Shown here: positions 56,042 to 64,000 of the stretch, in pieces | Position numbering within the stretch: the stretch's first letter is position 1 | Layout: each line of letters starts with the position of its first letter | Assembly (NCBI GenBank): GCA_963809475.1 | Contig: CAWEJS010000001.1 | Coordinates: 1,050,125-1,114,124, forward strand | Origin: an uncultured Acidobacteriota bacterium | GTDB lineage: Bacteria > Acidobacteriota > Vicinamibacteria > Vicinamibacterales > JAKQTR01 | Length of the DNA stretch: 64,000 nt | Reading direction: 5' to 3' | The notes under the pieces: generated by a model | Seen by the model: the letters and a program-made list of their open reading frames with translations, nothing else | Told to the model about the DNA's origin: nothing | The model's database searches: none | Program-made: the position numbers and the translations under genes

Positions 56042-56503
56042 ATGGAAGTCATTCTTCGTGATCACGTCGAGAATCTGGGCCGCCGCGGCGACGTCGTGAA
56101 GGTCGCGGACGGCTACGCGCGCAACTACCTGTTGCCGCGCAAGCTCGCGCTCCCCGCCACCCCGGGCAACATGAAGGTCGTCGAGCGGCAGCGCAAGATC
56201 GGCGATGCCCGGGAAGCCGCCGAGAAGTCCGGCGCCGAGGCCCTCGCGGCCCGGCTGGCCCAGGCCGAGTGCGTCCTGGCGCGGCGCGTCGGCGAGCACG
56301 ACACGCTGTACGGCTCGGTCACCTCCGCCGACATCGCCGACGAACTCGCCGCGAGGGGGTTCGAGATCGACAAACGGAAGATCCAGCTGGACGAGCCGAT
56401 CAAGCAGGTCGGGGAGTTCACCGTGGCGATCAAGCTGCACCACGACGTCGTCGCGCACGTGCCGGTGAAGGTCACGCCGCTCGCAGACGCCCCGGAGGCG
56501 TAG
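56042..56503 (+). CDS. rplI: 50S ribosomal protein L9
   Basis: MEVILRDHVENLGRRGDVVKVADGYARNYLLPR. Confidence 0.93.
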   Translation: MEVILRDHVENLGRRGDVVKVADGYARNYLLPRKLALPATPGNMKVVERQRKIGDAREAAEKSGAEALAARLAQAECVLARRVGEHDTLYGSVTSADIADELAARGFEIDKRKIQLDEPIKQVGEFTVAIKLHHDVVAHVPVKVTPLADAPEA

Positions 56504-56534
56504 GCGGGACCGCGTCAGAAGAAAGTAGCAGGAC

Positions 56535-56583
56535 GCAAGAAGCAAGACGGCCCTTCTGGCTTCTTGCTTCTTCTCGCTCTCTC
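56535..56583 (+). terminator. candidate intrinsic terminator after rplI, built from the CAAGAAG/CTTCTTG repeat units
   Basis: GCAAGAAGCAAGAC-GGCC-CTTCTGGCTTCTTGC (12 bp with one mismatch) followed by the pyrimidine run TTCTTCTCGCTCTCTC. Confidence 0.4.
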
Positions 56584-56612
56584 GGCTATTGTCACGAGTC
56601 CCGAGCACGCAC

Positions 56613-57953
56613 ATGGCCGATCCCGCTGTCGACCGTCCGCTCCCGCACAACCTGGAAGCCGAACGCGCGGTGCTCGGCGCCGTCCTGCTGAACGCCGAGG
56701 CCATCCAGCGGGCCGTCGAGTTCATCACGGAGAAGGACTTCTTCCGCGACGCCCACCGCCGCATCTTCGCCAAGATGATCGAGCTGATGGAGCGCGGCCA
56801 GGCCATCGACTTCATCACCATCAAGGACGAACTGGCCCGCGCGGGCGACCTGGACCCGGTCGGCGGGCCGGCGTACATCGCGTCGCTCGTGGACGGCCTG
56901 CCGCACGGCGTCAACGTCGCCGACTACGCCCGCATCGTGAAGGAGAAGGCGTCGCTCCGGAGCCTGATCCAGTCGGCCAACCGCGTTCTCACCAGCGCGT
57001 ACCAGGCCGAGGACGACGCCGCGGTCATCATCGACGAGGCCGAGCGCGAGATCTTCGCCATTGCCGAGGGCGCCGTCCACGGCGGGTTCGTCTCGATGCG
57101 CGAACTGGCGAACGCGAGCTTCGCCGTCGTCGAACAGGCCCACACCCGCAAGCAGCTCGTGACCGGCGTGCCCACCGGATTCCTCGAGCTCGACGAGTTG
57201 CTCGCCGGGCTGCAGCCCTCGGACCTCATCATCGTCGCGTCCAGGCCGTCGATGGGGAAGACGAGCCTCGTCCTGAACGTGGCCCAGCACGTCGGCACCA
57301 AGACGGGCCTGACTGTCGGGTTCTTCAGCCTCGAGATGTCGAAGGAGCAGCTGTTTTTGCGCATGCTGACGTCCGAGGCGGGCATCGACGGCCATCGGCT
57401 GCGGACCGGGTTCCTGGGAGAGCGGGACTTCCCGAGGCTGACGCAGGCGATGGAGACCCTCGGGCGGGCGCGGGTCTACATCGACGACTCGGCCTCCATC
57501 GGCGTCCTCGAGATGCGGGCCAAGGCCCGGCGCCTGAAAGCGGAGCACGGGCTCGACCTGATCATCATCGACTACATCCAGCTGATGCAGGGCCGCGGCC
57601 GGTTCGAGAACCGCGTCACCGAGCTGGCGTCGATCTCGCGGGCGCTCAAGGGGCTCGCGAAGGAACTCGCCGTGCCGGTCGTGGTGTTGTCCCAGCTGAG
57701 CCGGGCGCCCGAGAACCGGCCGAACAAGCGGCCCCAGCTCTCGGACCTGCGCGAGTCCGGCGCCCTCGAACAGGACGCGGACGTCGTCGTCATGATCTAC
57801 CGCGAGGACATGTACGAGCAGACGGAGGAGAACCAGGGCCTGGCCGAGCTCATCATCGCGAAGCAGCGCAACGGCCCGACGGGCACCGTCCGGCTCGCCT
57901 TCATCCGGGAGTACACGCGCTTCGAGAACCTCGAGCGCGGCGGGCCGTCGTGA
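56613..57953 (+). CDS. dnaB: replicative DNA helicase
   Basis: PHNLEAERAVLGAVLL and Walker A ASRPSMGKTS. No intein. Confidence 0.93.
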   Translation: MADPAVDRPLPHNLEAERAVLGAVLLNAEAIQRAVEFITEKDFFRDAHRRIFAKMIELMERGQAIDFITIKDELARAGDLDPVGGPAYIASLVDGLPHGVNVADYARIVKEKASLRSLIQSANRVLTSAYQAEDDAAVIIDEAEREIFAIAEGAVHGGFVSMRELANASFAVVEQAHTRKQLVTGVPTGFLELDELLAGLQPSDLIIVASRPSMGKTSLVLNVAQHVGTKTGLTVGFFSLEMSKEQLFLRMLTSEAGIDGHRLRTGFLGERDFPRLTQAMETLGRARVYIDDSASIGVLEMRAKARRLKAEHGLDLIIIDYIQLMQGRGRFENRVTELASISRALKGLAKELAVPVVVLSQLSRAPENRPNKRPQLSDLRESGALEQDADVVVMIYREDMYEQTEENQGLAELIIAKQRNGPTGTVRLAFIREYTRFENLERGGPS

Positions 57954-59083
57954 GCCGGCCAACCCAGACGCACATCGACCTCGGCGCACTCGCGCACAAC
58001 GCGCGGGCGATACGCGCATTCCTGGCCGCGGGCCGGGCCGGCGCGGCTCCGGCGCTCGCCGGTGTCGTGAAGGCCGATGCCTACGGGCACGGCGCCGTGC
58101 AGGTCGCCCGCACCCTCGTGGACGAAGGGGCCGGCATGCTGGCGTGCGCGGACGTCGAGGAGGGCGCGGCGCTCAGGGCCGGAGGCCTCACCGGCCCGAT
58201 CCTGGTCTTCGGCTCGGTCAGCCTCGGCGACCTCGACGGCATCTTCGAGTGCGGCCTCACGCCGACGGTGTTGTCGCCGACCGCCGGGCGCCGCCTCCAG
58301 GAGGCCGCGGCGAAGCGCGGCGTGCGGCTCCGCTACCACCTCGGGATCGACACCGGCATGAACCGCGTCGGCTTCAGACACGACAACCTGCCGCGCACGA
58401 TGCCGGAACTGCTGGCGGCGCCGAACCTCGAACTCGCAGGCGTCTATACGCACTTTGCCACGGCCGATCAGCCGGGTGACGACCTGTTCACGCGCCAGCG
58501 GCGGAACTTCGAGGCGGCCGACCTGGCCCTCGCCGCGCTCGGCGCGAGAGGGTACGTCCGGCACGCCGCCAACAGCGGGGCCCTGCTCGCGGAGCCATCC
58601 ACGTGGTTCGACGTCGTCCGTCCCGGCCTGCTCATGTACGGCGTCGCCCCGCCGGCGTTTGAGGGACGCGTACCGGTCCGGCCGGTGATGAGCGTGCGCA
58701 GCCGCGTGGCGGCCGTGAAGGGCGTCCGGACGGGGGAGAGCATCGGCTACGGCGGCCGGTTCGTCGCGCGCCGCCCGACGACGATGGCCGTGGTGCCGGC
58801 GGGGTACGCCGACGGCCTCGACACGCGCCTGGAGGGACGGGGCTTCGTCCTGGTGCGCGGCCGCCGCGCGCCGATCGTCGGGTCCGTGTCGATGGACGTG
58901 ATCGCACTGGACGTCACGGGCATGGGCGTGGAGCCCGGCGACGAAGTCGTGATCACCGGGCGCCAGGGCGGCGAGGAGATTACCATCGCGGAGATAGCGG
59001 GCTGGGTCTCGACGATTCCCTACGATGTGCTGTGCCGCGTCGGAGCCCGAGTCGAGCGGGTCTATCAGCCACCGGTGCCCTGA
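57950..59083 (+). CDS. alr: alanine racemase
   Basis: GTGA overlap with dnaB. PLP-lysine motif VVKADAYGHG. Confidence 0.9.
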   Translation: MSRPTQTHIDLGALAHNARAIRAFLAAGRAGAAPALAGVVKADAYGHGAVQVARTLVDEGAGMLACADVEEGAALRAGGLTGPILVFGSVSLGDLDGIFECGLTPTVLSPTAGRRLQEAAAKRGVRLRYHLGIDTGMNRVGFRHDNLPRTMPELLAAPNLELAGVYTHFATADQPGDDLFTRQRRNFEAADLALAALGARGYVRHAANSGALLAEPSTWFDVVRPGLLMYGVAPPAFEGRVPVRPVMSVRSRVAAVKGVRTGESIGYGGRFVARRPTTMAVVPAGYADGLDTRLEGRGFVLVRGRRAPIVGSVSMDVIALDVTGMGVEPGDEVVITGRQGGEEITIAEIAGWVSTIPYDVLCRVGARVERVYQPPVP

Positions 59084-59120
59084 CCGTCAAGGAGAGCCTC
59101 GCAGTGACGTGGCGTTCAGC

Positions 59121-60497
59121 ATGAAACCACCCAAGACCATCTTCGCCTGCCAGGCGTGCGGGTCCCAGTCGCCGAAATGGCTCGGCCGGTGCCCGGACTG
59201 CGGCGCCTGGAACACCTTCGTCGAGGAGCGCGCGGCCGAGCCGCCGGCCGCGTCGGCCAACCGCTACGTCGCGCCCGCCGGGGGCGGCGCGCGCCTGTAC
59301 GCCGACATCGTGTCGTCCACCGAGGCCCGGATGACGACGGGGATCGACGAGTTCGATCGGGTGCTCGGCGGCGGCATCGTGCCGGGTTCGCTCGTGCTGC
59401 TCGGCGGCGAGCCCGGCATCGGCAAGTCCACGCTCCTCCTGCAGACGGCCGCCTACGTCGCCCGCGCCTCGGGCCCGGTGCTGTACAGCTCGGGCGAGGA
59501 ATCGGAACACCAGGTGAAGTCCCGGGGCGAGCGGCTGGGCGTCGGCGACGCCCCGCTGTATCTCCTGGCCGAAACCTGCCTCGAGCGCGTGCTGGAGGAG
59601 ATGGCCCGGCTCGAGCCGGCGCTCGTCATCGTCGACTCGATCCAGACGGTGTTCTCGCTGAAGATGCAGTCGGCGCCGGGCAGCATCGGCCAGGTCCGCG
59701 AGGCGGCCACGCAGCTGCTGTTCGCCGCGAAGGCCCGGAACGTGCCGACCTTCCTCGTGGGCCACGTGACGAAGGAAGGCAGCCTGGCCGGGCCGAAGGC
59801 CCTCGAGCACATCGTCGACACCGTGCTGTACTTCGAGGGCGAACGCCAGCACTCGCACCGCATCGTCCGCGCGGCGAAGAACCGCTTCGGCGCGATTAGC
59901 GAGCTCGGCGTGTTCGAGATGACGTCGGCGGGGCTCAAGCCGGTGCCGAACCCGTCGGCGATGTTCCTGGCGGAGCGTTCCGCGGGCAGCCCGGGGTCCG
60001 CGGTGCTGTGTTGCATCGAGGGCACACGGCCGATCCTCGTCGAGGTCCAGGCCCTCGTGAGCGCCAGCTCGTACGGCTACGCGCGGCGGACGGCGGTCGG
60101 GCTCGACCAGACGCGGCTGGCGCTGCTCCTCGCGGTCATCGAGAAGCGGGCCGGCCTGGCCCTGGGCGGAGACGACGTCTACGTGAACCTGGCGGGCGGC
60201 ATCAGCGTCGACGAGCCGGCCCTCGACCTCGCGGTCGTGGCGGCCGTCGCGTCGAGCGCCCGGAACCGGGCTATCGCCGCGGGTACCGCGGTGTTCGGCG
60301 AGGTGGGGCTGGCGGGCGAGGTCCGCGCGGTGTCGCAGGCGGCGAGGCGTGTCCGCGAGGCGGAGCAGATGGGGTTCTCGCGGTGCGTGCTGCCGGCCGC
60401 CAACATCGACGCGAAGGATCCGGGGTTCGCCGGCGCGGCCTGCACGCTCGTCGGCGTCAGGACCGTGGCGGAGGCCCTTGAACATCTCCTTGCGTGA
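59121..60497 (+). CDS. radA: DNA repair protein RadA
   Basis: Zn finger CQACGSQSPKWLGRCPDCGAWNTF, Walker A GGEPGIGKST, KNRFG motif, Lon-like C-terminus. Confidence 0.93.
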   Translation: MKPPKTIFACQACGSQSPKWLGRCPDCGAWNTFVEERAAEPPAASANRYVAPAGGGARLYADIVSSTEARMTTGIDEFDRVLGGGIVPGSLVLLGGEPGIGKSTLLLQTAAYVARASGPVLYSSGEESEHQVKSRGERLGVGDAPLYLLAETCLERVLEEMARLEPALVIVDSIQTVFSLKMQSAPGSIGQVREAATQLLFAAKARNVPTFLVGHVTKEGSLAGPKALEHIVDTVLYFEGERQHSHRIVRAAKNRFGAISELGVFEMTSAGLKPVPNPSAMFLAERSAGSPGSAVLCCIEGTRPILVEVQALVSASSYGYARRTAVGLDQTRLALLLAVIEKRAGLALGGDDVYVNLAGGISVDEPALDLAVVAAVASSARNRAIAAGTAVFGEVGLAGEVRAVSQAARRVREAEQMGFSRCVLPAANIDAKDPGFAGAACTLVGVRTVAEALEHLLA

Positions 60498-60541
60498 TCC
60501 GGGCGGGACGCCGGTATAGTGCAGTCATACACGGAGGCCGC

Positions 60542-61618
60542 ATGGCCTGGCTCATCCTCGCCCGGCTCGTCTTCCTCGTCGGCGTCACCTACGCCGCGGC
60601 GGTCCTCCAGCCCTTCGGGGCCTCTGGCGCCCCGGCGAACGCGGCCTTCGGAGGGATCCTGGCGCTGGCCGCCATCGCCCTGGAATGGCGGATGCACGAC
60701 GTCAGCGTGCCCCACCTGCTGGGCGCTCTCATCGGGGCCGCCCTTGGCCTGCTCTTCGCCGACCTGGTCTCCGCAGCCCTGATGGCGACCGGCGACCCAC
60801 GGTGGACGTTTTTTCGCCGGGTGGTGCTCCTCGTCTTCCCGTACATCGGGCTGGTGATCGGTGCGCGCCGCGGCGAGTGGCTGGAGCCCGCCCGCCTGGT
60901 GACGCTCTTCCGCTCGACGGGGCCGGCGCGGCGCCACACGATCCTCGACACGAGCGTCATCATCGACGGCCGCGTCGCGGATATCTGCGAGACGGGCTTC
61001 CTCGACGGCACGCTCGTCGTGCCCCAGTTCGTGCTGAAGGAACTGCAGCAGGTGGCGGATTCCGCCGACACGATGCGCCGCAACCGCGGCCGCCGCGGCC
61101 TGGACATCCTCCAGAGGATCCAGAAGATGACCGGCGTCGAAGTCATGGTGTCCGACATGGACTTCCCCACGGTGCGGGAGGTCGACCTGAAGCTGATCGA
61201 ACTGGCCCGGGCGCTGCAGGGCACGATCGTGACGAACGACTTCAACCTGAACAAGGTGGCGCAGCTGCGCGGCGTGAAGGTGCTCAATATCAACGACCTC
61301 GCCAACGCGATGAAGCCCGTGGTGCTGCCGGGCGAGGTCATGAAGGTCCTCATCCTGAAGGAAGGCAAGGAATACAACCAGGGCGTCGCGTACCTCGACG
61401 ACGGCACGATGGTGGTCGTCGACAACGCGCGCAAGCTGATCAGCCAGACCATCGAGGTCACCGTGACGAGCGTCCTGCAGACCACCGCCGGCAAGATGAT
61501 CTTCGGCCGGCACATCGACGCCGGGCCCGCTCCGCAGGCGGCGGCGCCCGAGCGCGACGACGCGAGGGGCCGGCCGCGGCCCGGAACGCCGCCACCGGCG
61601 GCGCCACAGAACCCGTGA
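60542..61618 (+). CDS. yacL: PIN/TRAM-domain membrane protein (YacL-like)
   Basis: Four N-terminal TM segments, PIN ILDTSVIIDGR, C-terminal TRAM (EVTVTSVLQTTAGKMIFG). Confidence 0.8.
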   Translation: MAWLILARLVFLVGVTYAAAVLQPFGASGAPANAAFGGILALAAIALEWRMHDVSVPHLLGALIGAALGLLFADLVSAALMATGDPRWTFFRRVVLLVFPYIGLVIGARRGEWLEPARLVTLFRSTGPARRHTILDTSVIIDGRVADICETGFLDGTLVVPQFVLKELQQVADSADTMRRNRGRRGLDILQRIQKMTGVEVMVSDMDFPTVREVDLKLIELARALQGTIVTNDFNLNKVAQLRGVKVLNINDLANAMKPVVLPGEVMKVLILKEGKEYNQGVAYLDDGTMVVVDNARKLISQTIEVTVTSVLQTTAGKMIFGRHIDAGPAPQAAAPERDDARGRPRPGTPPPAAPQNP

Positions 61619-62351
61619 ACATTCCGTCGCGCCACTGGTGGCGCACCGTCTTCTACCTGATCCCGGCGGTCGCGGGTCTGACCGCCGCGGCCGGCACGAT
61701 CACGGTCGCCTCCAGCCTGTTCGACCGCACAGGCCGGTTCGCCAACTCCGTCGCGCGCTGGTGGGGCCGGGGCGTCCTGGTGGTGACCGGCGTCAGGGTC
61801 CGCGTGCGGGGAATGGAGCAGCTGGTTCCCGCCACGACCTACGTGTTCGTCGCGAACCACCAGAGCTTCTACGACATTCCCGTGCTGTTCTGGTCGCTGC
61901 CCTACCAGCTTCGCATCATCGCCAAGGAGTCCCTCGGGTCCGTGCCGTTCATCGGGTGGCACCTGCGCCGCACCGGCCACATCCTGGTGAACCGCCGCAA
62001 CCCGGACCGCGAGGCGATCCTGCGCCGCTGGTGCGCACTCGTCGCTGACGGGCTCTCGCTCATCATCTTTCCGGAAGGCACGCGAAGCCGTGACGGGCAC
62101 GTGGCGCCGTTCAAGGCCGGCAGTTTCACGCTGGCGCTCCAGGCGGGCCTTCCGGTGGTGCCGATCACGATCGTCGGCACGAGGGCGGTCATGCCGAGGG
62201 GACGCCTCACCGTCAGACCAGGGGCCGTGACGCTCACCGTCCACCCGCCCATCGTGAGCCGGGGTCGCGTGGCGGCGCCGGGCATCGACGACGCCCGGGC
62301 GTTCGCCGCGGAGGTGCGGGAGATCGTGAGCGTGGCGGTGGATGAACTGAC

Positions 62352-62361
<10 letters not shown>
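61615..62361 (+). CDS. plsC: 1-acyl-sn-glycerol-3-phosphate acyltransferase
   Basis: GTGA overlap with yacL. NHQSFYD (HX4D) and FPEGTRS motifs. Confidence 0.85.

Positions 62362-64000
<1,639 letters not shown>

Overview
High-GC bacterial chromosome segment. The LPS-core, Kdo and lipid A genes indicate a diderm. The style of the intergenic repeats suggests an Acidobacteriota-like soil lineage, but that is inference only. The window is densely packed with core housekeeping genes. I call about 70 CDS and 2 tRNAs.

Gene content from left to right:
- AOR-type oxidoreductase operon end.
- A small block of secreted and unknown genes, a TonB_C lipoprotein and nmrA.
- A minus-strand gap-pgk-tpiA-secG-tRNA-Leu operon.
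- An LPS core block: waaA-lpxK-lpxL-waaF-gmhB-hldC-waaC.
- holB-ricT-pdxA-smpB.
- A nucleotide-sugar, O-antigen-like block: degT, rfbD, gmd, a sugar dehydrogenase, a methyltransferase and a GT4 glycosyltransferase.
- A 12-gene nuo (complex I) cluster.
- selA, cspA, purH, then hldA-waaL-GT9-trm112.
- TPR protein, lolB-like gene, ispE, tRNA-Gln, prs, ctc, pth.
- rpsF-rpsR-rplI, dnaB-alr, and radA-yacL-plsC-ispDF-gltX.

I see no transposase, integrase, prophage, CRISPR array, toxin-antitoxin pair or recognisable defence system.

The features worth a second look:
1. nuoC has no stop codon and reads in-frame into a complete gmhA inside the nuo operon.
2. The nuo cluster lacks nuoG and nuoI.
3. STRR-like heptanucleotide-periodic arrays fill several short intergenic gaps.
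4. Two families of GC-rich palindromic hairpins are present. One of them contributes the C-terminal codons of nuoM.
5. A roughly 90-nt direct repeat flanks nmrA, next to a repeat-rich untranslated tail of about 320 nt between tRNA-Leu and an intrinsic terminator.

All functional calls come from reading the supplied translations for family-specific motifs. No database search was run.
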